Numbered from the stretch's first letter, positions 27,421 through 38,484 are shown. The stretch: 46,378 bases of DNA from Thermoplasmatota archaeon (GCA_029259015.1 JAPDJQ010000059.1:1-46378), one strand, 5' to 3'. The notes: generated by a model from the letters alone, not told the origin. Numbers and translations are program-made.

Positions 27421-29379
27421 ATGCTCCTCCCAAGCGAGATGTCAAAGATTACAATTCTTGCTCATAAAAGTAATGGTGATAAGCTTGTTGAAGCCCTTCA
27501 TGAAAGCGGGCTTATGGAAATAGAAAGAGTTTCTGTGGAAGGAATAGAAGAAGGGAAAATACATCCTGATGCTGGCATTTTAGCTGGTTATGATTTAAGG
27601 CTTGGAAGAATTTTAGAAATATTAAAAGGTTATGCTCCGAGGAAGAAGGGTATAAAAAATTTATTAAAGAAGAAAGTTGAAAAGAAAAGGGTTAGAAAGA
27701 GGAGCATGGAAGAAAAAATAAGGGAAGCAGAAAAATTACTGGAAGAAATAGAGCAGACTGTTCTGGAAAATGAAAGGAGAATAAATGAGATAGAAGAAGA
27801 AATAGAATTTTTGAGAGCTGAAGAAAAAAAGCTGGAATATCTGGCGTTATTTGATATAAATGTGGAATGGCTCGGGAAAAGCAAATATTTGATAATAAAA
27901 TTTGGAATTTCCACAGATTTATCCTCTCTTGAAGAAAAGAATATAGATTTTTATTACAGAAAAATTGGTGAAAAGAAAGAGAATAAATGGGCTGTTTTGA
28001 TTGTAGCTCATTCTTCAATGGAGGAGGAAGTAAGCAAAATAAAAAATTTTGAGGAAATAAAAATAGAAGGTGAGGGCAAAGCTAGAGAATTGCTCAAGGA
28101 AATAAGGAAAAAAATAAAGGATGCTATAAAGGAGAAAGAGGAGATAAAGAAAAGATTGGCAAAAATTTACAGGCAGAGAAGATTGGAGTTACTGGCAATA
28201 AAAGAAGAGATAGAAATTGAAAAGGAAAGGAAAGAAGTGTATAGGAATTTTGGCGAAACACTCTATACTTTCCTGATAGAAGGATGGTGCCTGGCGGAGA
28301 ATGCGGAAAAGGTTAGGCAAATTGTTGAGGAGGCAACAGAAGGAAATAATGCCATATTCATTAAAAAAGCAAAAAGAAACCCCGATGAGCCACCTATTCA
28401 TTTAGAAAATCCGAAATGGGCTAAGCCATTTGAAACTTTTCTGGAATTGTTTGCCTTACCAAAATATAATGAAATAAATCCGACTGTATTTCTTGGCATA
28501 GCATTTGTGATTTTCTTTTCCATGATGCTTGGCGATGCGGGCTACGGCATGGTGATTTTTCTCCTTTCATTAGCTGCCTACATTAAATTTAAAGAAAGCG
28601 AATTTATAAGGAGCTGGTCCTTTGTTGGGATTTGGCTTGGGGTGGGCAATATAATTACTGGTTTCCTATTTAATAGCTTTTTCGGAGATTTTATTCCTCG
28701 CTTCATTTATGGCGATGCTGAAAAGATGCTTTATAATGCTGAAATTTTTGGAATGACTTTGCCGATAGATGCAATTCACAAGCCCGTTCTGATTCTTTCC
28801 ATCGCACTAATATTAGGATTGGCTCATTTGAACTTGGGCTTTATACTGGCTGTATATAAAAATCTGAAAAGAGGACATGTGAAGGACATATTTATAGAGC
28901 AAATTCCATGGTTTATGCTTGAAATTGGAGGAGGAATGCTAATTGGCGAGACTTTACTCGAACTATGGCAACTTAGCAGCATTGCCAAAATAATTGCCAT
29001 AATATTCACAGTAATTGGCTTAATTTCATTGTTCAAAAGAAACGGGGCATTGGGCTTTTTTGAAATCACCGGCTTTTTGGGAGACTGGCTCTCATATGCT
29101 CGTTTATTGGCTTTAGGTTTAGCAACGGCGGGCATGGCTCTGGCATTTAATGTTATTGCTGAATTGCTTCCAGATATCGTTCCATATGTTGGTATAGTAT
29201 TGGTGCCTATTCTGCTTGTTGTTGCTCACTTTGCGAATCTGCTTATTCAATCCTTGGGAGCTGCTATTCATTCATTGCGTCTTCAGTATGTTGAATTCTT
29301 CAACAGGTTTTATGAAGGAGGGGGAAAGAAATTTATGCCATTCCAGATTAGGAGAAAATATACGGAGGAAATAAAATGA
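27421..29379 (+). CDS. atpI: A-type ATP synthase subunit I (a)
   Basis: IEGW, P.YNEINPT, MLGDAGYG, SYARLLALGLA, IHSLRLQYVEFF..FYEGGG. Confidence 0.97.
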   Translation: MLLPSEMSKITILAHKSNGDKLVEALHESGLMEIERVSVEGIEEGKIHPDAGILAGYDLRLGRILEILKGYAPRKKGIKNLLKKKVEKKRVRKRSMEEKIREAEKLLEEIEQTVLENERRINEIEEEIEFLRAEEKKLEYLALFDINVEWLGKSKYLIIKFGISTDLSSLEEKNIDFYYRKIGEKKENKWAVLIVAHSSMEEEVSKIKNFEEIKIEGEGKARELLKEIRKKIKDAIKEKEEIKKRLAKIYRQRRLELLAIKEEIEIEKERKEVYRNFGETLYTFLIEGWCLAENAEKVRQIVEEATEGNNAIFIKKAKRNPDEPPIHLENPKWAKPFETFLELFALPKYNEINPTVFLGIAFVIFFSMMLGDAGYGMVIFLLSLAAYIKFKESEFIRSWSFVGIWLGVGNIITGFLFNSFFGDFIPRFIYGDAEKMLYNAEIFGMTLPIDAIHKPVLILSIALILGLAHLNLGFILAVYKNLKRGHVKDIFIEQIPWFMLEIGGGMLIGETLLELWQLSSIAKIIAIIFTVIGLISLFKRNGALGFFEITGFLGDWLSYARLLALGLATAGMALAFNVIAELLPDIVPYVGIVLVPILLVVAHFANLLIQSLGAAIHSLRLQYVEFFNRFYEGGGKKFMPFQIRRKYTEEIK

Positions 29380-29936
29380 AAGCGAAATGGAGAATATTAG
29401 TTGTAGGGGCGATGTTGCTGTTTGCCATGCCGTTTGTCATGGCAGAGAACGGAGGCGAAGAAGCAAAGCTGAATATAATAATGGGGTGCTTGATAGCAGT
29501 GGCTATAGCAGGAGTTGCATCTGCAATTGGTTTAACGCTGGCGGGAACTTCAGCTGTTGCAGTAACTGCAGAGAAGCCAGAGTTATTTGGTAGACTGCTC
29601 GTTTTACAGGTATTGCCAATGACACAATCTGTGTACGGATTGCTTACAGCTATACTGCTTATGATGGGTGCTGGCCTGCTTGGAGGAGCTGCAAAAGTGG
29701 ATTTCGCAGCCCAGCCATGGATTGGAACGGCAGCCATATGGATCGGCACCATCGTGGGCTTAACAGGCTTGTCAGCGATAAATCAGGGAATGGTAGCATC
29801 AGCCAGCATAGCATCTGTAGGCAGAAATCCTGAAGTGGCAGCAAGAGGTATAATATTTACTGTGATGCCAGAAACAATAGCCATCTTTGGATTGCTTGTA
29901 GCCATACTTCTGATGACTGGCCTCGGCTTGCTATGA
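29376..29936 (+). CDS. atpK: A-type ATP synthase subunit K (c), four-TM type with N-terminal leader
   Basis: Two hairpins: LPMTQSVYGL and INQG...MPETIAIFGLL; signal-peptide-like N-terminus. Confidence 0.95.
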   Translation: MKAKWRILVVGAMLLFAMPFVMAENGGEEAKLNIIMGCLIAVAIAGVASAIGLTLAGTSAVAVTAEKPELFGRLLVLQVLPMTQSVYGLLTAILLMMGAGLLGGAAKVDFAAQPWIGTAAIWIGTIVGLTGLSAINQGMVASASIASVGRNPEVAARGIIFTVMPETIAIFGLLVAILLMTGLGLL

Positions 29937-29940
29937 GAGC

Positions 29941-30510
29941 ATGGCCCTAGAAAATTTACTGCAAAAAATAAAAGAGGAAGCAAAAGAAGAGATAGATGAA
30001 ATCATAAGCAGGGCTGAGAAAGAAGCAGCAGAGATCATCGAAGAGGCAAAGGAAAAGGGCAAAAAAGAAGCAGAGAAGATAAAGACGCAGGGCGAGAAAG
30101 AGGCAAAGCGAGTTAAAGAAAAAATCTTGGCGGCAGCCAGAAGAAAAGCTAGGATGGAAATAACCAATGCAAAGGAGGAACTGATACAGTTATGCATGGA
30201 AGCAATAAAGGAAAAATTAAGTAAGCTGGACAGCAAAAAATATCAGAAAATAGTTAAGAGCATGATAAAAGATGCAATGAAAGAGTTAAAAGATTTCTAC
30301 ATAATTGCTACGAGAAAAGAAGATAAAAAGATTGCAGAGAAACTGGGCATCGAAGTTAAGGGAGAGAAAAAGGGGATTGGAGGAGTAATAATAAAAACAA
30401 AGGATGGAAGCAAAGAAATGGATTTAACATTTGATTTTCTGCTTGAAAGAAAGGAAGAGGAAATAAGAATAATGATTGCAAAGAAGCTATTTGGAGAAAA
30501 TGTTGATTGA
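29941..30510 (+). CDS. atpE: A-type ATP synthase subunit E
   Basis: Coiled-coil N-terminus, GGVIIKTKDG..EMDLTFD motif, operon position. Confidence 0.92.
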   Translation: MALENLLQKIKEEAKEEIDEIISRAEKEAAEIIEEAKEKGKKEAEKIKTQGEKEAKRVKEKILAAARRKARMEITNAKEELIQLCMEAIKEKLSKLDSKKYQKIVKSMIKDAMKELKDFYIIATRKEDKKIAEKLGIEVKGEKKGIGGVIIKTKDGSKEMDLTFDFLLERKEEEIRIMIAKKLFGENVD

Positions 30511-31540
30511 ATTGATCGTAACAATAGCTACAATAGCAATTGTGGCAAAATTCCTGCCTTCTTTTATTTTATTATCCAAATTTGCCTATCCAAATGCAAA
30601 ATTCAGTGCAATACCATATCCCTATATTAAAGAAAGGGAATTATCAAGGCTTCTCGAATTGAAAAATCTCGAAGAATTTAAGAATAATGTAGTGAGCAGA
30701 GATTTCATAATTGAAGGAGAAGATGCAAATGAAGTTCAAAAAAGCATAGATAAAGCTCTGGCAAAAATAATAACAATGGCAAAAAGTGATTCTCCACGGA
30801 AAGTCAGAAAGTTTTATGATGTATATCTGGAGAAACTGGATGTAGATTCAATTAAAAAGGCAGTGAGGAATATTATCGAAGAAAAAGAACTTGAGGAATA
30901 TGTTGCCTTCAGCGAAGAAGGAAAGAAATTGTTGCAGGATTTAAAAGGAGTAGAGAAGGAAGAGGCAGAAAAAATTCTGCAGCAGTATGGCTATGAAATA
31001 AACTTTGAAATGCCAATTGAAGAGATTGAGAAGGAAATAGACAGAAAAATGATGGAAAAATTGTTTGAAGTTAAATTGCCCAACTCCTGCAAAAAAGCGA
31101 GGGATAAATTTGTCAAAATATTGATTGATGTCATGAACATCAAGACCATACTAAGGGGAAAATATTATGGTCTGAAAAATATAGAAAGGAGTTTAATCTA
31201 CAATGGATGGGAAATATCAGAATGGCAGATGAAAGAATTGCTGAAAATAGATTCCATTGCAGAAATAATTTCAATGCTTGAAGGTACATCTTACATGCCT
31301 TTCTTAAGGCAAGCTATAGTCGATTTTGAGAAGGAAGGAGTTGTTGCTCTAGAAAGAGCTCTGGATAAATACATTATAAAAGCTGCCAGAGAAATTGCAA
31401 ATGAAAATCCTCTCGGCTTAGGACCAGGGATAAGATTTATAGTAGAAAAGGAATATGAAGCAAGAAACTTAAAGGCAATTGCAAAAGCAATTGCCGAAGG
31501 AATGCAGAAAGAAGCATGGAAAGTGCTGGTGGTTGAATGA
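30500..31540 (+). CDS. atpC: A-type ATP synthase subunit C
   Basis: AYPNAK, D..NIKTILRGK, LEGTSY, LERALD, EYEARNLKAI; hydrophobic N-terminus; start ATG 30500 after GGAG. Confidence 0.9.
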   Translation: MLIELIVTIATIAIVAKFLPSFILLSKFAYPNAKFSAIPYPYIKERELSRLLELKNLEEFKNNVVSRDFIIEGEDANEVQKSIDKALAKIITMAKSDSPRKVRKFYDVYLEKLDVDSIKKAVRNIIEEKELEEYVAFSEEGKKLLQDLKGVEKEEAEKILQQYGYEINFEMPIEEIEKEIDRKMMEKLFEVKLPNSCKKARDKFVKILIDVMNIKTILRGKYYGLKNIERSLIYNGWEISEWQMKELLKIDSIAEIISMLEGTSYMPFLRQAIVDFEKEGVVALERALDKYIIKAAREIANENPLGLGPGIRFIVEKEYEARNLKAIAKAIAEGMQKEAWKVLVVE

Positions 31541-31827
31541 AAATAGCTTTAATAGGAGATGAGGATACAATTGCATTGTTTAAATTAGCTGGCGTTAACA
31601 TATGCTATGGTAATGAGGAAAAATTTAGCGAGATTGTAAATGATGAAAGCATTGCCATCTTGCTTATAACAGATGAATATGCTGAAAAGTTGAGAAATAA
31701 AATAATCCAGCATCGTTTATTGAAAGAGATGCCTATTATTATTGAAATTCCCGGCAAAAAGAAAATGGAAAGAGAGGATACAATTAAAAAGCTTATTGTG
31801 AGGGCAATAGGAGTTGAGGTGGAATAA
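31537..31827 (+). CDS. atpF: A-type ATP synthase subunit F
   Basis: KIALIGDEDT...FKLAGV, PIIIEIP, LIVRAIGV. Confidence 0.95.
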   Translation: MKIALIGDEDTIALFKLAGVNICYGNEEKFSEIVNDESIAILLITDEYAEKLRNKIIQHRLLKEMPIIIEIPGKKKMEREDTIKKLIVRAIGVEVE

Positions 31828-33585
31828 ATGAAAGGAAAAATAGTTAGTGTGGCTGGGCCTGTTGTTAAGGCAAAGGGAATGAAAGGAGCAAAGATGTACG
31901 ATTTGGTTAAAGTGGGCGAGGAAGAGCTTATTGGAGAAATTATAGAATTGAAAGAAGATGTGGCAACTATTCAGGTATATGAGGATACCACCGGCTTAAA
32001 GCCGGGAGAGCCAGTTATCAATACTGGTATGCCTCTTGCCGTTGAATTGGGGCCCGGATTACTTGCTTCCATTTATGATGGGATACAGAGGCCCTTGCCA
32101 AAAATTATGGAAAAAGCAGGAGAATTTATAACTAGAGGAATGGAAGTTGAAGCTGTAAATAGAAGGAAAAAGTGGGAGTTTGTTCCAGTTGTTAAAGAAA
32201 AGGAAAAAGTGAAGGGAGGAGATGTTATTGGCGTAGTTAAAGAAACTCCCATCATTGAGCATCGCATAATGGTTCCTCCTGATATTGAAGAAGGCGTTGT
32301 TGAAAGTATAGAAGAAGGGAAGTTTAAGGTTGAAGATGTTATTGCAACCATAAAAACAAAAGACGGAAAGAAGGAACTTACAATGCTACAGAAATGGCCG
32401 GTTAGAAAGCAACGCCCCTTTAAGGAAAAGTTACCGCCAACAGTTCCATTGATAACTGGGCAGCGTGTCTTCGATACCTTCTTCCCAATGGCCAAAGGCG
32501 GCACAGGCGCCATACCAGGGGGCTTTGGAACAGGGAAAACTGTATCGCAACACCAGCTGGCAAGATGGAGTGATGCAGATATTGTTGTTTATATTGGTTG
32601 TGGTGAGAGAGGCAATGAAATGACGGAAGTGCTAAGAGACTTTCCAAAGTTGAAAGATCCGAAGACTGGCCACCCATTGATGGAAAGAACGATACTCATC
32701 GCCAATACATCAAACATGCCTGTTGCTGCAAGAGAAGCTTCAATATACACTGGTATTACATTGGCAGAATATTATAGAGATATGGGATATGATGTCGCTT
32801 TAATGGCAGATTCAACAAGCAGATGGGCTGAAGCTTTAAGAGAAATATCTGGAAGACTTGAAGAAATGCCAGGCGAAGAAGGATATCCCGCTTATTTAGC
32901 TTCGCGTCTCGCAGAATTTTATGAGAGAGCTGGAAGAGTAAAGGTATTGGGAAGCAAAGATAAGGAAGGTTCAATTTCAATAGTTGGAGCAGTCTCACCT
33001 CCTGGAGGAGATTTCTCTGAGCCAGTAACACAAAATACGTTAAGAATAGTAAAAGTATTCTGGGCTTTAGATTCTGATCTGGCAGACCGTCGTCATTTTC
33101 CGGCGGTAAACTGGCTCCGTTCCTATTCTTTATATCTGGATAGAGTTAAGGAGTGGTGGGAAAAGAATGTTGGCAAAGACTGGCTTGAATTGCGCAATGA
33201 AGCGATGGCTTTATTGCAGAAAGAAGATGAGTTGCAAGAGATTATAAGGCTTGTCGGTCCAGATGCTTTGCCGCCTTTGGATAGAGTTGTTTTAGAAGGA
33301 GCTCGCATCATAAGAGAAGATTTTCTGCAGCAGAATGCATATCATGAAGTCGATACATATTGCCCGCACAAAAAGCAGTATGAAATGTTGCGAATAATGC
33401 TCAAATTCTATCATTTGATGAGAGAGGCAGTTGAAAAAGGAGTTGATTTTGAAAAGTTAAAAGAATTGAAAAGCAAGGAAGCAATAGCAAGAATGGCTAC
33501 CACGCCCAATGAAGAATGGGAGGAAAGATTTAAGCAAATAGAAAAGGAAATGGAGGAGGAAATAAAGAGGTTAATGAGGGGATAA
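31828..33585 (+). CDS. atpA: A-type ATP synthase subunit A (no intein)
   Basis: [40 protein letters not shown]. Confidence 0.98.
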   Translation: MKGKIVSVAGPVVKAKGMKGAKMYDLVKVGEEELIGEIIELKEDVATIQVYEDTTGLKPGEPVINTGMPLAVELGPGLLASIYDGIQRPLPKIMEKAGEFITRGMEVEAVNRRKKWEFVPVVKEKEKVKGGDVIGVVKETPIIEHRIMVPPDIEEGVVESIEEGKFKVEDVIATIKTKDGKKELTMLQKWPVRKQRPFKEKLPPTVPLITGQRVFDTFFPMAKGGTGAIPGGFGTGKTVSQHQLARWSDADIVVYIGCGERGNEMTEVLRDFPKLKDPKTGHPLMERTILIANTSNMPVAAREASIYTGITLAEYYRDMGYDVALMADSTSRWAEALREISGRLEEMPGEEGYPAYLASRLAEFYERAGRVKVLGSKDKEGSISIVGAVSPPGGDFSEPVTQNTLRIVKVFWALDSDLADRRHFPAVNWLRSYSLYLDRVKEWWEKNVGKDWLELRNEAMALLQKEDELQEIIRLVGPDALPPLDRVVLEGARIIREDFLQQNAYHEVDTYCPHKKQYEMLRIMLKFYHLMREAVEKGVDFEKLKELKSKEAIARMATTPNEEWEERFKQIEKEMEEEIKRLMRG

Positions 33586-33587
33586 AA

Positions 33588-34958
33588 ATGGAAGGGATAA
33601 AATACTCTACGGTATCTGAAATTGCTGGCCCACTTATTATTGTTGAAGGAATAAGGGAAGTAGGTTATGGAGAAATTGTTAAAATTGAATCACATGGCGA
33701 GGAAAGAATGGGGCAAGTTCTGGAGGCAGCTGAAGGAAAAGCTGTCATACAAGTTTTTGAGGGTACACGCGGCCTTGACACAAAAGCTACGAGCGTTGTT
33801 TTCACTGGCAAACCAATGGAAATAGGCGTTTCAACAGAAATGCTTGGCAGAGTTTTTGACGGAAAAGGAATGCCCATCGATGGAGCCCCTTCACCTATCC
33901 CAGAGGATATAAGAAATGTCAATGGCTTTCCAATGAATCCATCTGCCAGAGAATATCCACGCGACCCCATACAGACAGGCATCTCAACTATAGATGGAAT
34001 GAATACTCTAGTTAGAGGACAAAAATTGCCAATTTTCAGCGGTGCTGGTCTGCCGCACAATGAATTAGCTGCTCAAATAGCAAGGCAGGCGAAGGTGACG
34101 GGGCAAGAAGAAGAATTTGCTGTCATATTTTGCGCAATGGGAATTACAGCTGAAGAAGCAGATTTCTTCATGAAAGATTTTGAGGAAACAGGAGCAATAG
34201 AGAGGAGTGTGTTATTTTTAAATCTGGCAAACAGCCCTGTTATTGAGCGCCTTATAGCGCCTAAGGTTGCCTTAACAACCGCAGAGTATCTCGCCTTTGA
34301 TAAAGGAATGCATGTTTTAGTCATTCTTACAGATATGACTAACTATGCTGAAGCATTGAGAGAAATTTCAGCAGCTCGTGAAGAAGTGCCTGGCAGGCGT
34401 GGCTATCCTGGATACATGTATACTGATTTGGCTCAAATTTATGAAAGGGCGGGAAGAATACAGGGTAAGAAAGGAACAATAACACAGATCCCAATACTCA
34501 CAATGCCAGATGATGATATCACTCATCCAATTCCAGATTTAACTGGCTATATTACTGAAGGACAGATTGTTTTGTCCAGGGAATTGCATCACAAAGGTAT
34601 ATATCCTCCTGTAGCAGTTCTTCCTTCATTATCGAGATTAATGGCGGAGGGAATAGGAGAAGGGAGGACAAGAGAAGATCATCATCAGCTTTCCAACCAG
34701 TTGTATGCTGCATATGCAGAAGGATGTGATTTGCGTGATTTGGTAGCTGTTGTTGGCGAGGAGGCTTTGACAGAGAGGGATAAAAAATTCCTGGAGTTTG
34801 CAGATGAGTTTGAGCAGCGCTTTGTCAAGCAGGGCAAGGATGAAGACAGAACATTTGAAGAAACTCTGAACTTGGGATGGGAGCTTCTTTCAATGCTTCC
34901 GAAGGCTGAGTTGAAAAAGATTGATGATAAGTATATAGCTAAATATTATCGAGGCTAA
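33588..34958 (+). CDS. atpB: A-type ATP synthase subunit B
   Basis: [39 protein letters not shown]. Confidence 0.98.
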   Translation: MEGIKYSTVSEIAGPLIIVEGIREVGYGEIVKIESHGEERMGQVLEAAEGKAVIQVFEGTRGLDTKATSVVFTGKPMEIGVSTEMLGRVFDGKGMPIDGAPSPIPEDIRNVNGFPMNPSAREYPRDPIQTGISTIDGMNTLVRGQKLPIFSGAGLPHNELAAQIARQAKVTGQEEEFAVIFCAMGITAEEADFFMKDFEETGAIERSVLFLNLANSPVIERLIAPKVALTTAEYLAFDKGMHVLVILTDMTNYAEALREISAAREEVPGRRGYPGYMYTDLAQIYERAGRIQGKKGTITQIPILTMPDDDITHPIPDLTGYITEGQIVLSRELHHKGIYPPVAVLPSLSRLMAEGIGEGRTREDHHQLSNQLYAAYAEGCDLRDLVAVVGEEALTERDKKFLEFADEFEQRFVKQGKDEDRTFEETLNLGWELLSMLPKAELKKIDDKYIAKYYRG

Positions 34959-34959
34959 A

Positions 34960-35595
34960 ATGGCAAAGGAGATAATAGAAGGAGTTACTCCAACAAGAAT
35001 GGAACTGTTGCAAATAAGGAAAAGGAAAGCATTAGCTGTAAAAGGGCATCAGTTGCTTTCTGAAAAAAGAGATGCCCTCGTTTCTTCTTTCTTTGAATTG
35101 ATAAAGAAAAGGAAGGAAAAGAGAAAAGAAATGGAGGAAAAGTTACAGGAAGCATACAAATCATTGATTATGGCAGAGATGATAATGGGGGAGGAGAGAC
35201 TTCGTTACATAGCAGATAAAATGGCAAGAGAAAGAGAAGTTAATGTGAGTAAGAAAAATATAATGGGTGTAGCAATCCCAAAATTTGAGATCGAAAAAGC
35301 AGAGATGCCAGAATATAGCATTTTTTCAACATGTGCGGAGTTTGACGAAGCAGTGAAAAAAGCTAATGAAGCACTAGAAAAATTGATAGAAGTGGCTGAG
35401 ATTGAAGGCAGTGTGCAAATGTTGGCAAAAGAAATAGAAAAAACAAAGAGGAGAGTTAATGCACTAGAATACATTTTCATTCCCCGCCTTCTTAATACAA
35501 TCACATATATAGAAAGACAGCTTGAAGAAAGAGAAAGAGAGGATTTCTTCAGAAGGAAAAGAATAAAGGCATTGCTTGAGAGACATGAAGATTGA
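34960..35595 (+). CDS. atpD: A-type ATP synthase subunit D
   Basis: PTRMELL, GHQLLSEKRDAL, EIEKTKRRVNALEY..IP. Confidence 0.97.
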   Translation: MAKEIIEGVTPTRMELLQIRKRKALAVKGHQLLSEKRDALVSSFFELIKKRKEKRKEMEEKLQEAYKSLIMAEMIMGEERLRYIADKMAREREVNVSKKNIMGVAIPKFEIEKAEMPEYSIFSTCAEFDEAVKKANEALEKLIEVAEIEGSVQMLAKEIEKTKRRVNALEYIFIPRLLNTITYIERQLEEREREDFFRRKRIKALLERHED

Positions 35596-35740
35596 AGAAG
35601 ATGCAATATTGGGCGAGTTTTTCGACACTCCAGAAAAGAAAGCAAAATGGATGAGGAGAATAGTCTACATCTATTTACTGTGGATCATATTTTTAATCAT
35701 AGGAGTTGCAATGATGCTTATTTTTTATATTGGTAGATAA
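35585..35740 (+). CDS. 51-aa single-TM membrane protein overlapping the atpD stop (not in ORF track)
   Basis: MKIEEDAILGEFFDTPEKKAKWMRRIVYIYLLWIIFLIIGVAMMLIFYIGR; ATG overlaps the end of atpD; acidic N-terminus, basic patch, then about 22 hydrophobic residues. Confidence 0.65.
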   Translation: MKIEEDAILGEFFDTPEKKAKWMRRIVYIYLLWIIFLIIGVAMMLIFYIGR

Positions 35741-35819
35741 GAGGGCTAGCGTTATTAGTGTTAAGTTTTTAAAAATAAAAAAATCGCAAGATTAATTATC
35801 TATCTCAATTTATAAAACA

Positions 35820-36485
35820 ATGGATTTAAAGGATGATAAAAAATCTAGATTGAGATGCTTTACAGATATTTTTGTTTCTAAATGGCTTGCTTACCTTAAT
35901 TTTCTGGTTGGTATAGCTTCTCTTTTGTTATATTTAAATTTTAAAATACCCATAAATGTTCCTGTTTATACTTTATATGCAGTTTTCTTTGCGCTCTCGG
36001 TTATTCTTATAACATATGCGATGAATTTCAAACGAGACTGGGAAATTATATGGATACTGGTTTCACTGATTTTCTACGTATTCATTATTTTCTATTTTGT
36101 TGAGGATCAAGTTAATTTGTTTACAAAATTTAAACTCGATGAAAATATTTCGTACTGGTTCCAAAGCGGTATATTACAAGGTTTTTCCGCACTCTTAGGC
36201 ATTATTGTTGGTTTTTTGGTTGCAAGCTCAGTAAATCATAAAACTACAGAAATATTAGGGGTTTTGAATCTTTTTTATCCTGCACTCATATGCATCAGCA
36301 TTTCTCTCCTCTTGTCAATAACGCTTCTTCCTTTATCACCTGTTTTGAGTTGCACAAAATATAAATCATTTTTAGTCCCAACAATTTTAACAGTCTGGCT
36401 TATAGCTACCTTGGGCATTTTTTGGTTATGCTATGCAATATACTTATTTTATAAAAATAAAACTAAAACACAAGAACAAAGATAG
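35820..36485 (+). CDS. Hypothetical multi-pass membrane protein
   Basis: 221-aa ORF with about 6 hydrophobic segments; no family recognised; T-rich compared with its neighbours. Confidence 0.6.
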   Translation: MDLKDDKKSRLRCFTDIFVSKWLAYLNFLVGIASLLLYLNFKIPINVPVYTLYAVFFALSVILITYAMNFKRDWEIIWILVSLIFYVFIIFYFVEDQVNLFTKFKLDENISYWFQSGILQGFSALLGIIVGFLVASSVNHKTTEILGVLNLFYPALICISISLLLSITLLPLSPVLSCTKYKSFLVPTILTVWLIATLGIFWLCYAIYLFYKNKTKTQEQR

Positions 36486-36489
36486 GGCA

Positions 36490-37845
36490 TCAATGCTCCA
36501 TTTTCCTTACATACATTTTAGCCCATGAGAATGCAATAAATGCTGCAATAGTATTGCCAACAACTATTCCCATCCATACACCTTTTAGGCCGAGATGGAT
36601 GCTAAATGCAAAAATATATGCCATTGGCACCGTCAATATTATGGTTCTCAGAATTGTGACAGCCAGCGAATTCATTCCTTTTCCAATTCCCTGAAACATT
36701 GCTGATGAAAACATACCAAATGTTGCAAAAGGATAGAAGAGAGTGATTATTTTAAGAAAAGTGGTTAAATCATTGGCTATACGAGCCGAATTTTGAGAAT
36801 GAGTGAATAACAGGGTAATCCAAGGGGCAAAAACATATGTAAATATTGCTACTGTTGTTCCTATCACAAATCCGAGTTTAATTGCATACATGTAAGAGGT
36901 ATTTAATTTTTCAACATCCCTTGCTCCATATGCAGCTCCTGTAACAGCTGTCACAGCAGTTGCAATACCAAGTAAAGGAATCATTCCAATCATTACAACC
37001 CTCCATCCTGTGGTGAAAACAGCTACACCATCTGTGCCTCCTGCTCTTACCACAAGAATGTTAAGAACAAGAATTGAAAAAGACATTGAAAGTTGAATAA
37101 TAGAAGCAGGTATTCCCACTTTAAGAATTTCCTTTACTATTTGCCAGTTAAAAGAAAATTCGTTGAAATGAATAGAAACATAAGTAGTCCTTTTGAAAAA
37201 TAACCAGTAAGAAAGGAGGATAGACGAAGTGATAATTGAAATAAGAGTTGCCCATGCTGCCCCAGCCACCCCTAAGCGAAAAGTGTAAATGAAAATTGGA
37301 TCCAGTACAATATTTAGGATTGAGCCCAGAAGTAATGCATACATGGCTCGTTTTGTATCTCCTTCTCCTCTTAAAATTCCATTGGCTATGCTTGAGAAGA
37401 AAATGAAGATTGAACCAGCAAACAGTATTCTTGCATATGCTGTTGCCATTTTTGTAACCTCTCCTGCACCCATTACAGCAAAGAGCTTATCAATAAATAT
37501 GAGGAAGGGCAAACTAACAGCTATAGCTACAATACCCCCAATAATTAAAGAGTGAATTGCCACGCTATCTGCATCTCTTTTATTTCTGCTGCCAATTTTC
37601 CTTGAAATTGCAGAACTTGCTCCAACACTTATACCAGTTGCAAGAGCCATTAAAAGAAAGAAGAAAGGAAAGAAGAAACCAACTGCAGCAAGAGCATCTG
37701 CTCCTAAACCAGAAACCCATATTGCATCTACAATATTATACACCATTTGTGCTGACAAGCCAACAATCATTGGCAGAGCCAGCTTCCTTATTGCTTTTTT
37801 TGGATTACCTAAAAGAATTTTCACTCCTTCCGTTACATGCTCCAT
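36490..37845 (-). CDS. MATE family efflux transporter
   Basis: LALPMI...YNIVDAIWV..LG..ALAAVG, RGEGDTKRAM, NIVLDPIFI...LGVAGAAWAT; about 12 TMs. Confidence 0.95.
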   Translation of the reverse strand: MEHVTEGVKILLGNPKKAIRKLALPMIVGLSAQMVYNIVDAIWVSGLGADALAAVGFFFPFFFLLMALATGISVGASSAISRKIGSRNKRDADSVAIHSLIIGGIVAIAVSLPFLIFIDKLFAVMGAGEVTKMATAYARILFAGSIFIFFSSIANGILRGEGDTKRAMYALLLGSILNIVLDPIFIYTFRLGVAGAAWATLISIITSSILLSYWLFFKRTTYVSIHFNEFSFNWQIVKEILKVGIPASIIQLSMSFSILVLNILVVRAGGTDGVAVFTTGWRVVMIGMIPLLGIATAVTAVTGAAYGARDVEKLNTSYMYAIKLGFVIGTTVAIFTYVFAPWITLLFTHSQNSARIANDLTTFLKIITLFYPFATFGMFSSAMFQGIGKGMNSLAVTILRTIILTVPMAYIFAFSIHLGLKGVWMGIVVGNTIAAFIAFSWAKMYVRKMEH

Positions 37846-38053
37846 TTCATCGCTCCTTTATGAAAAAGTATCATTAAAATGTTATGGATATAGCTATACC
37901 ATCAGAAATTTTAGAATTTGAAATAATGAAAAGATATTTTTGTCAGATGGAAACAGGTAGAAATGTAGCAGCATGCAATGAGTTAATAACTGACAGAAAC
38001 TTTTTCTTTTTGAAATTTAGATAAAGATATAAGGTGTGCCTCGTTGTATCAAA

Positions 38054-38479
38054 ATGAAAGTTTGTATTGTATATGAATCAAAATATGGAAATGGAAAAAA
38101 ATGTGCAGAATATTTGCAGAGCATAATAAAAGCAAAAGGATATGATGTGGATTCTTTTTCCATTCGCGAAATAAAGCCAAATTTATTGCCGGAAGCAGAT
38201 TTTTATATTTTCAGCTCTCCGACACATATAGGAAGCATTCCATGGAAAATGAGGAGATTTTTGAAGAAAATAAAACCAAAGAGCGAAGCAAAATATGCTC
38301 TCATGACAACTTGCATAAGCCTCGATACAAAAGTTATTCAAAAAATGGAAGAAATTCTCAATAAAAAGGGCATGATAAAGATTTCAGAAATTAAAATTAA
38401 AGTAAAGGGCATGAAGGGGCCCCTAGAAGAAAAATACAAAGAAAAGCTTGATGCATTTGTTGAGGAAATTTTTATATAA
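38054..38479 (+). CDS. Flavodoxin-domain protein
   Basis: IVYESKYGNGKKCAE FMN-phosphate loop, FSSPTHIG. Confidence 0.85.
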   Translation: MKVCIVYESKYGNGKKCAEYLQSIIKAKGYDVDSFSIREIKPNLLPEADFYIFSSPTHIGSIPWKMRRFLKKIKPKSEAKYALMTTCISLDTKVIQKMEEILNKKGMIKISEIKIKVKGMKGPLEEKYKEKLDAFVEEIFI

Positions 38480-38484
38480 AAATA

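Noticed and set aside
31828-33585. Intein in atpA, as in some Thermoplasmatales and Thermococcales
   Set aside because: 585 aa and continuous through GKTV; no insertion
37884-38024. 46-codon ORF between the MATE and flavodoxin genes
   Set aside because: No motif or ribosome-binding site; lies in a divergent promoter region
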